DNA of 64,000 nucleotides, taken from assembly GCA_902535275.1 (NCBI GenBank), contig CACASS010000001.1, positions 316 through 64,315 on the forward strand, given 5' to 3'. Numbering within the stretch: position 1 is the stretch's first letter; every line of letters begins with the position of its first letter. Below, one piece after another: positions 1 through 9,615 of the stretch. The notes under the pieces are model-generated. The model searched no databases. It saw only the letters and a program-made list of their open reading frames with translations, and was not told the origin of the DNA. This DNA comes from an uncultured Pelagibacteraceae bacterium. Lineage in GTDB: Bacteria > Pseudomonadota > Alphaproteobacteria > Pelagibacterales > Pelagibacteraceae. The position numbers were made by a program, and so were the translations under genes.

Positions 1-524
1 AAAGTTAATAGAGAGTTATCAGAGGTACTTAATTTTCTTGTAATAATTAAATAAAAACCATAGCAAATACCATTGCCCAGGGCTGCTAATGTGGCTAAAT
101 TAATCTCTATAAATCCAGGCCTAATAACAATTAAGGTACCAATAAAACCCATGGATACTGCTGTCCACCTTCTTAAGCCTACTTTTTCGTTTAAAAAAAA
201 GGGGGACATTGAAGTTACACAAATTGGGGCAACAAATGCTAGAGTTAAGGCTTTAGGTAAAGAAATCTCAGATATTGCAAAAAAAAATAAATAAGTGGAA
301 AATACAAAAATCAATCCTCTTATCAATTGAAGCATAGGTTTTTTACTCCAAACCAAAGATTTTCTATCAAAAAGAAGCATTATTGAGAGTGCAAAAATAA
401 CAGTAAAAAAATATCTAGCCCAAGTTATTTGCAAAACATCCATAGATGAACTCAAATACTTTGCAAAAGCATCCATAAATGGAACAATCATCCATGCTGA
501 TGCATTAAGAATAACAGCTTTCAT
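1..524 (-). CDS. DMT/EamA family transporter (partial, runs off the window start)
   Basis: Not in the ORF track. Read manually from ATG at 524: MKAVILNASAWMIVPFMDAFAKYLSSSMDVLQITWARYF..., hydrophobic helices typical of EamA proteins. Confidence 0.8.
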   Translation of the reverse strand, partial: MKAVILNASAWMIVPFMDAFAKYLSSSMDVLQITWARYFFTVIFALSIMLLFDRKSLVWSKKPMLQLIRGLIFVFSTYLFFFAISEISLPKALTLAFVAPICVTSMSPFFLNEKVGLRRWTAVSMGFIGTLIVIRPGFIEINLATLAALGNGICYGFYLIITRKLSTSDNSLLT

Positions 525-540
525 AAGAAAATCTTATCTC

Positions 541-1440
541 TTAATTAAAGTATTTTAAAGCAAAGAATACAGTTATTGGTACAGTTACAAGAGACATTAA
601 AGTTGAAACAACTATTGTACTAGAAATATTATCAACAATTTTTTTAGGCGAATACATTGAAGCAACAAGATAACAAAGTATAGCACTTGGCATAGAGGAT
701 TGAATTAGAAGTACACCAGCTGCAAAGCCAGATAGGTTAAAAAAAGAGATCAGCGAAAAGCCAATTAGTGGCCCTATAATAACTCTTCCAGTAGATGTAA
801 TTAGAGCATCCTTAAAGGAAAAAACTTTCATTTGTGTTAATGAAACACCTAAAGACATTAAAATCATTACTATCATTCCATAAGCAAGAAGCATAACAGT
901 ATTCAATACAAATATTGGCAAAGGTATTTCGTAATATAGAAAAATAATGGTAGCAATTATTGCATAAAATGATGGACTTTTTATTATAACCTTTAAATCA
1001 AACTCACGTTTAGCTAAAAAAATATTAAGAGTAAAATGAAGAAGAACGACCAAAGAAGATATAGCTGCCGCAATACCCATACCCAATTTACCATATGCAA
1101 ACAAGCATATTGGAATACCCATATTGCCTGTATTAGGTAAAAAAAATGTTGGTAGTTCTCTCAAATAATCTTTCTTCATCAAAATTAAAAAAATTAGCCC
1201 AACAATTAAAAAAGAGGATAAAAGAATTACTGCATATAAAAAATACTCTGAAAACATTGCAAAAGTTACACCACTTGCCGAAATAGAGAATATTACTATA
1301 GATGGCGTTCCAAAATTAGCAGAATAAGTAGTTATAAATGATGTGTCAAAATTTGGATTTTTTTTTCCTAAAAAATATCCAATACCAACTATAAAAAAAA
1401 CTGGAAATAGAACTTCAAATAATTTTATATAAAGTTCCAT
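541..1440 (-). CDS. AEC (auxin efflux carrier) family transporter
   Basis: About 10 TM helices; NTGNMGIP and SSMPSA motifs. Confidence 0.85.
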   Translation of the reverse strand: MELYIKLFEVLFPVFFIVGIGYFLGKKNPNFDTSFITTYSANFGTPSIVIFSISASGVTFAMFSEYFLYAVILLSSFLIVGLIFLILMKKDYLRELPTFFLPNTGNMGIPICLFAYGKLGMGIAAAISSLVVLLHFTLNIFLAKREFDLKVIIKSPSFYAIIATIIFLYYEIPLPIFVLNTVMLLAYGMIVMILMSLGVSLTQMKVFSFKDALITSTGRVIIGPLIGFSLISFFNLSGFAAGVLLIQSSMPSAILCYLVASMYSPKKIVDNISSTIVVSTLMSLVTVPITVFFALKYFN

Positions 1441-2729
1441 TAAAATAAACGAATAAGAACAGGATTTTTAATAATATTTTTATTTGATTTAAATGACTTG
1501 ACACATCTTTGAGCACTTAATTCATTTGCATTATGAGTAATAAGGACAATTGAAGCAGTCTTATTTTTATGATCTGGTATTTGTATTAATCTCTGAATTG
1601 AAATTTTATATTTTGCAAGAATCTTTGTTATAGATGATAAAACGCCTGGTTTATCCTTAACTTCTAATCTTAAATAAAGAGAATTTGATGATTGGTCTTT
1701 ATTAAATATTTTAGGCTTTAATCTTTTATTTTTAGGTATACCAAAGGGATATTTTATATTTCCTCTCAATATAGACAATAAATCAGACATCAAAGCAGAG
1801 GATGTTGGTCCTGGTCCAGCCCCCTCCCCTTGTAATACAGATTCTCCAATAGGTGAACCATTTAATATAACTGCATTCATTACACCATCTACATTTCCTA
1901 TATAAGAATCTTTTTTAACTAAACATGGATGAACTCTTTCAAAAATACTATTATTTATAATCTCAGTTATACCTAATAATTTTATTCTAAAATCTAACTG
2001 ATCAGCAATTTTAATATCTGCATAATCGATGTTTTCAATACCTTCCATTAAACATTCAGATTTTGAAATTTTCTTATTGAAAGCTAATGATGTCAAAATT
2101 TTTATTTTAGCTAACGCGTCATAACCATTAAGATCTAATTTTGGATTTCCAGGTTCGGCATAACCTAGTTTCTGTGCCATCTTCAGAACATTTTTGAAAC
2201 TATCTTTAGTTCTCTCCATTTCAGACATGATATAGTTACACGTACCGTTAAGTATGCCATAAACTTTTGTGATTTTATTTGTAGCCAAACCCTCTTTGAT
2301 TGTTCTTACAATAGGAATACCACCTGCAACAGATGCCTCAAATTCTAAATTAACTTTATTTCTTTCAGCTAATTCTCCCAGTTTATCACCATGTTTTGAA
2401 ATTAATGCTTTATTTGGAGTTATAACATGAATTTTATTTTTAAGAGCTGTCTCAATAATTTTTTTGGATATACCATCTGATAAACCTATAGCTTCGATTA
2501 CTATATCTAAGTTTTTAATCTTCAAAATATCTAGAGGATTTGAATAAAAAATTTTCTTATTAATTTTAAATTTTCTTTTCTTATTTTTATTTTTAGCCGA
2601 TATAGCTATAACTTTAATTCTCTTTCCAGTTTTAGTTTCAATATCTTTCTTTTTTGTATTTAACTCATTTAGAACATATGATCCAATTTGACCAAGTCCA
2701 ATAACAGCAATATTTATATTTTTATTCAT
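1440..2729 (-). CDS. hom: homoserine dehydrogenase with C-terminal ACT domain
   Basis: GLGQIG Rossmann motif, FEASVAGGIP, GILNGTCNYI, GAGPGPT, ACT domain (DKPGVL). Confidence 0.95.
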   Translation of the reverse strand: MNKNINIAVIGLGQIGSYVLNELNTKKKDIETKTGKRIKVIAISAKNKNKKRKFKINKKIFYSNPLDILKIKNLDIVIEAIGLSDGISKKIIETALKNKIHVITPNKALISKHGDKLGELAERNKVNLEFEASVAGGIPIVRTIKEGLATNKITKVYGILNGTCNYIMSEMERTKDSFKNVLKMAQKLGYAEPGNPKLDLNGYDALAKIKILTSLAFNKKISKSECLMEGIENIDYADIKIADQLDFRIKLLGITEIINNSIFERVHPCLVKKDSYIGNVDGVMNAVILNGSPIGESVLQGEGAGPGPTSSALMSDLLSILRGNIKYPFGIPKNKRLKPKIFNKDQSSNSLYLRLEVKDKPGVLSSITKILAKYKISIQRLIQIPDHKNKTASIVLITHNANELSAQRCVKSFKSNKNIIKNPVLIRLF

Positions 2730-2733
2730 TAAA

Positions 2734-2940
2734 TTAATCTAATTTAGGAAAGTCGCTGATCTTACCATATTGAATAACATTTTTTTTAAATTCTTCAAAA
2801 GATGTTTCATTTTCAAAGTTTAATTTCAAAATATCTTTGTCAGTACTGTCGTCCTCAATATTCCACATAGAAACAGGATGATTTAGTGAACAATGTGATA
2901 ATGAAAATATTAATAAAATTATAAAAATATATTTAAACAT
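2734..2940 (-). CDS. small hypothetical lipoprotein
   Basis: Signal peptide with lipobox-like LSHC; co-directional inside the argC-hom run. Confidence 0.6.
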   Translation of the reverse strand: MFKYIFIILLIFSLSHCSLNHPVSMWNIEDDSTDKDILKLNFENETSFEEFKKNVIQYGKISDFPKLD

Positions 2941-3958
2941 TTAGACCTTCGCTCTGATTAAAGCCATAATAATAATTCATATTTTGTACAGCTTGACCTC
3001 CACCACCTTTAATCAAATTATCAATTGCAGACAATATTATTATTTTATCTTTATATTTGCTTTTACATACAGAAATAAAGCAGTTATTGGTGTTGATTAC
3101 ATCATTAGTACTTAAGTAAGTATTTATTTTACAGATTTTTATAAATTTATGATTCTTATATTGGACATTTAGAACATTAATTATTTTGTTTATATTAATG
3201 CCCTTTTTTAAATCAACATAAATAGTGCTTAAAATTCCTCTAAACATAGGTGTAAGATGAGGTGTAAAATGAAATTTATTTTTTTTGCCAGTTTTAAGAT
3301 CAAGCTCTTGTTGAATTTCAGAATTATGTCTATGATTTGCTAATCCGTAAGCACTCAAAGACTCATATAAATTTTTATATTTATATTTTTTATGTACTCC
3401 TCTACCTGCTCCTGAATAACCAGATTTTGAGTCAATAATAACTGTTTGATTATTAATTAAGTTTTTTTTTATTAAAGGGATTAATGGAATTAATACTGAT
3501 GTGGGATAGCATCCAGGACAAGATACTATTGGAAATTTTCTAATTAATTTACCACTAATTTCAGGTATAGAATAAATACTTTTTTTTATATGATTTAATG
3601 CTTTGTGTTTAATTTTATACCATTTTTCATAATCTTTTTTATTATTAAGTCTAAAATCAGCCGCTAGATCTATTAATAAATTATTTTTATTTAAAAATTT
3701 TGAAATAGATTGTGCCTCACCATTTGGCAATGCTGTAAATATTATATCCACATTTGATAAATATTCTTTTTTAAATTTTGATATTTTTGGTAATTTATAT
3801 TTTTTTAATTCTTTATCATAAGAATCTATTTTTTTTCCTACAGAAGTACTTCCACACAAATATTTAATACTTATTTTTTTATGTGTACATAGGAGTTTAG
3901 TTAATTGTAATCCTATATATCCAGTAGCTCCGCATATAAGAACATTTTTCTTACCCAT
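2933..3958 (-). CDS. argC: N-acetyl-gamma-glutamyl-phosphate reductase
   Basis: GATGYIG, PGCYPT catalytic Cys, SGYSGAG, IDNLIKGG. Confidence 0.95.
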   Translation of the reverse strand: MGKKNVLICGATGYIGLQLTKLLCTHKKISIKYLCGSTSVGKKIDSYDKELKKYKLPKISKFKKEYLSNVDIIFTALPNGEAQSISKFLNKNNLLIDLAADFRLNNKKDYEKWYKIKHKALNHIKKSIYSIPEISGKLIRKFPIVSCPGCYPTSVLIPLIPLIKKNLINNQTVIIDSKSGYSGAGRGVHKKYKYKNLYESLSAYGLANHRHNSEIQQELDLKTGKKNKFHFTPHLTPMFRGILSTIYVDLKKGININKIINVLNVQYKNHKFIKICKINTYLSTNDVINTNNCFISVCKSKYKDKIIILSAIDNLIKGGGGQAVQNMNYYYGFNQSEGLNV

Positions 3959-3991
3959 AATTTAATATAACAGTTGAAATTTAAAAAGAAA

Positions 3992-4423
3992 TTATCTTTT
4001 AGAAAATTGGTAGCTTTTTCTAGCTTTTGCTCTACCAGGTTTTTTTCTCTCAACAGATCTTGAATCTCTTGTTGTGAGTTTTTCTTTACGTAGGGTTGAT
4101 TTTAAAGTTTCATCAAATTTTAGTAAAGCTCTAGAAATACCGTGTACTAAAGCACCAGCTTGACCAGTTTGTCCTCCGCCTACAACTTTAGATCTAACAT
4201 CGTAATCTGTTGACTGGTTTATTATTTCAAAAGGTCTTAAAATTTGCATTACGTGATTAGCTCTTGGAAAATAGTCGTTCAAAGATTTACCATTTACATA
4301 AAATTTTCCTGAACCTTTTTTTAACCAGACTTTGGCTACAGATTTTTTTCTTCTTCCAGTTGCGTATTTACTATCTTTAAAGTCTAATTTTATTTTTGGT
4401 GCAGATGTTTGGGAAGTTTCCAT
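3992..4423 (-). CDS. rpsI: 30S ribosomal protein S9
   Basis: ATGRRK, GGGQTGQAGA, C-terminal ARKSYQFSKR. Confidence 0.98.
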   Translation of the reverse strand: METSQTSAPKIKLDFKDSKYATGRRKKSVAKVWLKKGSGKFYVNGKSLNDYFPRANHVMQILRPFEIINQSTDYDVRSKVVGGGQTGQAGALVHGISRALLKFDETLKSTLRKEKLTTRDSRSVERKKPGRAKARKSYQFSKR

Positions 4424-4424
4424 A

Positions 4425-4883
4425 TTAATTTCTTACAATATTTTTTTGATTAAGTTTGCCTATTTCAATTATTTTTGGATTTTGCGCAGTATGGGGATGG
4501 TCTTCTCCGGAATAAATTTTAAGTTTCGTTAATTGTTTTTTACCCAACGCGCCAGAAGGCAACATTCTTTTAACAGCTAACTTTAATACTTCACCAGGTT
4601 TTTTTTCACTCAATTTTTCAGGTGTTATTTCTTTAATACCACCTGGATATCCAGTATGTCTGTAATATTTTTTATTTTGAAATTTGTTACCTGTAAATTT
4701 TATTTGATCTACGTTTTTAATAACAACAAAATCTCCATGGTCCATGTGAGGAGTATATGTTGTTTTGTTCTTCCCTCTTATAATTTTTGATACAACTGTT
4801 GCTAGTCTACCTACAACGGCTCCTGTGGCATCGATTTCAAACCACTCGCTATTTATCTCATCTTTTTTAACAAATCTTGTCAT
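4425..4883 (-). CDS. rplM: 50S ribosomal protein L13
   Basis: GRLAT, YTPHMDHGD, HTGYPGG. Start placed at ATG 4883; the ORF-track TTG at 4922 is the -35 box. Confidence 0.97.
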   Translation of the reverse strand: MTRFVKKDEINSEWFEIDATGAVVGRLATVVSKIIRGKNKTTYTPHMDHGDFVVIKNVDQIKFTGNKFQNKKYYRHTGYPGGIKEITPEKLSEKKPGEVLKLAVKRMLPSGALGKKQLTKLKIYSGEDHPHTAQNPKIIEIGKLNQKNIVRN

Positions 4884-4893
4884 GAATGCGGGA

Positions 4894-4922
4894 TTAATAC
4901 TTATAATTACATATATTGTCAA
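4894..4922 (-). promoter_or_regulatory. sigma70-type promoter of rplM-rpsI
   Basis: Minus strand reads TTGACA-N17-TATTAA, ending 10 nt before the rplM ATG. Confidence 0.65.
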
Positions 4923-4930
4923 ATTATTAT

Positions 4931-5025
4931 ATTTTGGTTGGACTGAATGGTTGATTGAATTATGACCATTTATTAGTAATAATAACGTGGTAAAAACGAG
5001 TTCACAAAATTATAAATTAAAGGAG
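4931..5025 (+). ncRNA. candidate structured cis-regulatory leader of metY1 (unassigned)
   Basis: Four abutting helices found by eye (see findings), followed by an AGGAG SD at 5021-5025. Confidence 0.4.
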
Positions 5026-5029
5026 CCGA

Positions 5030-6361
5030 ATGAGTGATAAAAAAAAGGAATTAAAACCAAATACGTATAAATTTGATACCCTTAGTTTACATGCAGGATA
5101 TCAACCACACAAAAATGCTGGTTCAAGACAAGTGCCAATTTATCAAACCACATCATACCTTTTTGATGACGTTGATCATGCAGCTGCTCTTTTTAATTTA
5201 GAAAGAGGTGGACATATTTATAGTAGAATTTCAAACCCAACCGTTGGTGTATTAGAGGAGAGAGTTGCTTCACTGGAAGGTGGTACGGCAGCATTAGCAA
5301 CATCTTCGGGAATGAGTGCAATATTTTTGACAGTAATGACATTATGTGAAGCAGGTGACCATTTAGTTGTATCATCTCAACTATATGGAGGCACTGTAAA
5401 CCTATTTAGATTAACCTTACCTAAATTTGGAATTAAATGTACATTTGTTAAACCAAGAGATACTGAAGGATTTAAAAAAGCAATTCAAAAAAATACAAAA
5501 GGTATTTTTGGAGAACTCGTTGGAAATCCAGGTAACGAAATAATGAACATGCCAGAAATTGCAAAAATTGCGCATGATGCTGGAATTCCATTGATGGTTG
5601 ATGCAACTTATCAAACTCCTTATTTATGTAAACCGTTTGAGCATGGTGCTGATATAGTAATTCATTCACTAACAAAATGGATGGCAGGACATGGATCTTC
5701 AATGGCTGGAATACTAGTTGAAGGTGGAAAATTCGATTGGATGCAAAATGATAAATTTCCAACAATGACAAAACCTTATGAGGGTTATCATGGATTATCA
5801 TTTGCCGAAGAGTTTGGCCCAACAGCTTTTACAATGAAAGCTAGAGCTGAAGGTATGAGAGATTTTGGTCCTTGTTTAAGTCCTCAAAATGCATGGAATG
5901 TTTTACAAGGTATAGAAACTTTGTCAGTAAGAATGAAAAAACATTGTTCTAATGCTGAAGAAATGGTTAAATATTTATCAAAACATGAAAGTGTTGCTTG
6001 GGTATCACATCCAAGTGTCCCTGATCATCCTGATCATGAATTAGCAAAAAAACTTTTACCTAATGGAAGAGGTTCAATGATTGCGTTTGGTATTAAAGGT
6101 GGAAAAGATGCTGGTGTTGCATTTATTAATAACGTAAAATTAGCATCACATTTGGCAAATGTAGGTGATACAAGGACTTTAGTTATTCATCCTGCATCTG
6201 GAACCCATTCTCAAATGGATGAGGCAACCTTGAAGTTTGCTGGTTTATCTCACGACATGATTAGATTGTCAGTAGGCATTGAAGACATTGATGATATAAA
6301 AAATGATTTCGAGATTGGTTTTAGAGCAGCAAGAAAACCAAGGCTTGTTTCAAATCAATGA
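5030..6361 (+). CDS. metY: O-acetylhomoserine sulfhydrylase/aminocarboxypropyltransferase family PLP enzyme (copy 1)
   Basis: PIYQTTSY, YSRISNPT, HSLTKW (PLP Lys), HLANVGD, IHPAS. Confidence 0.85.
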   Translation: MSDKKKELKPNTYKFDTLSLHAGYQPHKNAGSRQVPIYQTTSYLFDDVDHAAALFNLERGGHIYSRISNPTVGVLEERVASLEGGTAALATSSGMSAIFLTVMTLCEAGDHLVVSSQLYGGTVNLFRLTLPKFGIKCTFVKPRDTEGFKKAIQKNTKGIFGELVGNPGNEIMNMPEIAKIAHDAGIPLMVDATYQTPYLCKPFEHGADIVIHSLTKWMAGHGSSMAGILVEGGKFDWMQNDKFPTMTKPYEGYHGLSFAEEFGPTAFTMKARAEGMRDFGPCLSPQNAWNVLQGIETLSVRMKKHCSNAEEMVKYLSKHESVAWVSHPSVPDHPDHELAKKLLPNGRGSMIAFGIKGGKDAGVAFINNVKLASHLANVGDTRTLVIHPASGTHSQMDEATLKFAGLSHDMIRLSVGIEDIDDIKNDFEIGFRAARKPRLVSNQ

Positions 6362-7176
6362 AATTTAAAGTAAATGGACATGAGGTATTCGCCTCTACAG
6401 GTGGAAGACCATTTGATAAAAAAAAACCATTAATTATATTTGTTCATGGAAGTGGTTTAACCCATATGACCTGGGTTCTTCAAACAAGATATTTTGCTTT
6501 TCATGGATATAACTCTTTAGCAGTTGATCTACCCGGTCATGGTTTATCCAGTGGTGCAAGTCTTAAATCAATCGAGGAGATGGCAGATTGGGTAAGTGAT
6601 GTAATTGATGCTGTTGGTCATAAAGAAGCTTCATTGGTAGGACACTCACAAGGATGTTTGGTAACAGTAGAATGTACATCAAGGTATCCTAACAAAATTA
6701 AAACTTTGAGTTTAATGGGCGGAGCTGGTGCTATACCAATGAACCCAGAGTTACTTTCATTAGCTGAAAATAATGATCCTAAGGCAGTAGATTTAATGAT
6801 GGATTGGGCTCATGGTCCAGCTGGTCACTTTGGAGGTCATCCAGTACCTGGACTTTATCATATCAACACAGGAACAATGCTTGCAAAATCTAGAACAATA
6901 CAGAATACATTAGGAGTAGATTTTAGAGCTTGTGATAATTATAAAAATGGATTTGAGGCAGCTAAAACAATTAAATGTCCTACTCTATCAATTTTAGCAA
7001 CTGATGATAAAATGTGCCCTGTTAAAGAGGGAAAAAAATTAGCTTCATTAATAGATGGCAGTCAAGTTGATATAATTGATAACTGTGGTCATATGATGTT
7101 ATTAGAGGAAGCAGATAGGGTATTAACTGTTCTTAAAAAATTTATAACCACAAATTACCCCCCATTATCAAGTTAA
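6358..7176 (+). CDS. alpha/beta-fold hydrolase
   Basis: HGSG oxyanion loop, DLPGHG, GHSQG nucleophile elbow, CGH catalytic His; ATGA overlap with metY1. Confidence 0.9.
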   Translation: MKFKVNGHEVFASTGGRPFDKKKPLIIFVHGSGLTHMTWVLQTRYFAFHGYNSLAVDLPGHGLSSGASLKSIEEMADWVSDVIDAVGHKEASLVGHSQGCLVTVECTSRYPNKIKTLSLMGGAGAIPMNPELLSLAENNDPKAVDLMMDWAHGPAGHFGGHPVPGLYHINTGTMLAKSRTIQNTLGVDFRACDNYKNGFEAAKTIKCPTLSILATDDKMCPVKEGKKLASLIDGSQVDIIDNCGHMMLLEEADRVLTVLKKFITTNYPPLSS

Positions 7177-7237
7177 ATTTAAGCTTGATTGTATTTTTTC
7201 ATTTTAGTTTAATACATTTTTAAACAGAAGGGGAAAT

Positions 7238-8563
7238 ATGAGTAAAAACAAACATCCAGAAACAATTGCATTACATGGTGGAGATTACAGAAGTGATCCA
7301 GCTACAACAGCAGTGGCAGTGCCATTATATAGAACAACATCTTATCAATTTAATGATACAGACCATGCTGCAAATTTATTTGCACTAAAAGAATTTGGAA
7401 ACATATACACAAGAATTATGAATCCAACAAATGACGTACTTGAAAAAAGAGTTGCAGCACTTGAGGGTGGACTTGCAGCCGTAACCGTTGGTTCAGGACA
7501 AGCAGCATCAACATTTGCTATAATGAACGTTTGTCAATCAGGTGATAATTTTATTAGTTCAACTGATTTATATGGTGGAACGGTTAACCTATTCACTCAC
7601 ACACTTAAAAAATTAGGTATCGAATGTAGATATGCGGACCCTTCGGATCCAAGTAATTTTGAAAAATTAATTGATGAAAAAACGAGATGTTTTTATGCAG
7701 AAACCTTACCTAATCCATACTTAAGAGTATTTCCAATTAAGGAAGTTTCAGATATAGGAAGAAAGCATAATATTCCATTAATTATGGATAACACTGCGGC
7801 TCCAATTATTTGTAAGCCTCTAGAACATGGTGCAGCAGTAGTAGTACACTCACTTACTAAATTTATTGGAGGACACGGTACAGTTATTGGTGGAGCTCTT
7901 GTTGATGGTGGTAATTTTGACTGGACAAAAGATCCAAAAAGACAACCACTATTTAACGAACCTGATGCTAGTTACGGTGGAGCAAAGTGGGGTGAAGTCG
8001 TACCGCAATTAACAGGTGCAAATGTTTCATTTGCAGTAAGAGCCAGAGTGTGTCTGTTAAGAGATTTAGGAGCTCCTTTGGCACCTGATAATGCTTGGGG
8101 TATTATTCAAGGTTTAGAAACTGTTCCATTAAGAATGCAACAACATTGTTCTAATGCAGAGAAAGCTGTAACATTTTTACAAAAACATAAGAATATAGAA
8201 AGAGTTATCTACCCCACTCTTCATAAAGGAGAAATTGGTGAAAGATCTAAAAAATATATGAAGGGTGGTAATGGAGCGCTTGTAGGTATCGAGGTTAAAG
8301 GTGGTGTCGAAGCAGGTAAAAAATTTATAGAGTCATTAAAAATGTTTTACCATGTTGCAAATATTGGAGATGCAAGAAGTTTAGCAATACATCCAGCAAC
8401 TACTACTCACAGTCAATTAACTGAAGAGGAGCTTTTAGCTGCAGGTGTAACACCTGGATATGTTAGACTATCTATTGGAATTGAACATCCTGATGACATA
8501 ATAGCTGATCTTGATCAAGCTTTAGGAGCCTCTGGAAAGCCTAGCTTGAAAGCTGTGAGTTAA
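7238..8563 (+). CDS. metY: O-acetylhomoserine sulfhydrylase (copy 2)
   Basis: FGNIYTRIMNPT, HSLTKF, HVANIGDARS, IHPATTTHSQL. Confidence 0.92.
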   Translation: MSKNKHPETIALHGGDYRSDPATTAVAVPLYRTTSYQFNDTDHAANLFALKEFGNIYTRIMNPTNDVLEKRVAALEGGLAAVTVGSGQAASTFAIMNVCQSGDNFISSTDLYGGTVNLFTHTLKKLGIECRYADPSDPSNFEKLIDEKTRCFYAETLPNPYLRVFPIKEVSDIGRKHNIPLIMDNTAAPIICKPLEHGAAVVVHSLTKFIGGHGTVIGGALVDGGNFDWTKDPKRQPLFNEPDASYGGAKWGEVVPQLTGANVSFAVRARVCLLRDLGAPLAPDNAWGIIQGLETVPLRMQQHCSNAEKAVTFLQKHKNIERVIYPTLHKGEIGERSKKYMKGGNGALVGIEVKGGVEAGKKFIESLKMFYHVANIGDARSLAIHPATTTHSQLTEEELLAAGVTPGYVRLSIGIEHPDDIIADLDQALGASGKPSLKAVS

Positions 8564-9572
8564 TTTTTGTATTTATAAATAAAAAATAGATACATGAAGC
8601 AACTAAAAAAATAGAACTTATTTGGTGCATAGATGCAATTAGTATCTCTGCACCATATAATAAAGTAAGTATTCCTAAAATAATCTGTAAAAAAATAAAA
8701 AATCCTAAAATATTAATTGAATTATACAAACGAGTTTTCTTATTTTTATAAATACTAAATAATAAATACAGATAAAAAAATCCTATTAAATAAGCTAATT
8801 TTCTATGAATAAATTGCACTAAAGAAGGATCACTAAAAGCGGATATTTTAAATAAATTAATAAAATTATTATCATTTGGAAAAATTGAGTCACCCATCAA
8901 TGGCCAAGAGTTATAAATTTTACCTGCATCCATTCCTGAAACAAATGCACCAATTGAAATTTGTAAAAATACTAGTAAAATAAAACTAACTGGGAGCATT
9001 ATATTGATAGTATCCTGGGTGTTGTTTTTAACTTTTAATTTTAAATAATTCCAAAAAATTAAAGATAAAATAATAAAAGCTACTAATAAATGAATTGATA
9101 GCCTAAAATGGCTTACATCTACCCTATCGATAAGACCACTACTTACCATATACCATCCTATGAATCCTTGAAAGCATATTAAAGTAAAAATGAAATAAAG
9201 GTTTATTAATTTTCTAAACTTAATTTTAAAAGTGAAATATACTAAAGGTATTAAAAAAGCTATACCAATTAACCTCCCCATAAATCTGTGAGCCCATTCC
9301 CACCAAAAGATTACCTTGAATTCTTGCATTGTCATATCATAGTTTTGTAATTTAAATTCAGGGATCTCTTTATATAAATCAAAATACATAATCCATTCAG
9401 AATTATTCAACGGAGGTAGGAAACCTGAGAATAATTGCCATTCAGTAATAGATAAACCAGAATCTGTCAGCCTTGTTAAGCCACCAACAACAATCATCAA
9501 AGAAATAATCCAAAACATGGTTATAAGCCATATGGATATATGATTATTAACTTTTAGATTTTCACTATACAT
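8541..9572 (-). CDS. ctaA: heme A synthase (COX15/CtaA)
   Basis: GGLTRLTDSGLSITEW, EWAHR, HFRLSIH, QFIHR, MHQ. Confidence 0.95.
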   Translation of the reverse strand: MYSENLKVNNHISIWLITMFWIISLMIVVGGLTRLTDSGLSITEWQLFSGFLPPLNNSEWIMYFDLYKEIPEFKLQNYDMTMQEFKVIFWWEWAHRFMGRLIGIAFLIPLVYFTFKIKFRKLINLYFIFTLICFQGFIGWYMVSSGLIDRVDVSHFRLSIHLLVAFIILSLIFWNYLKLKVKNNTQDTINIMLPVSFILLVFLQISIGAFVSGMDAGKIYNSWPLMGDSIFPNDNNFINLFKISAFSDPSLVQFIHRKLAYLIGFFYLYLLFSIYKNKKTRLYNSINILGFFIFLQIILGILTLLYGAEILIASMHQISSIFLVASCIYFLFINTKINSQLSS

Positions 9573-9615
9573 AAAGGAATAAATATAATAATTTTTTAAT
9601 TATCCAAATATATAA

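Noticed and set aside
4923-7237. Canonical SAM-V or SAM-II riboswitch upstream of either metY
   Set aside because: Neither leader has the (A/G)UUGAAC..UAUUGU.C loop paired with a downstream G.ACUAAAAA element. The metY2 spacer (61 bp) looks like a promoter plus SD only.
8541-8563. Convergent 3' overlaps (metY2/ctaA 23 nt; also recG/DUF502, gpx/MBL hydrolase, xth/Ldh_2) as antisense regulation
   Set aside because: Genome compaction explains them, and the partners have no functional link.
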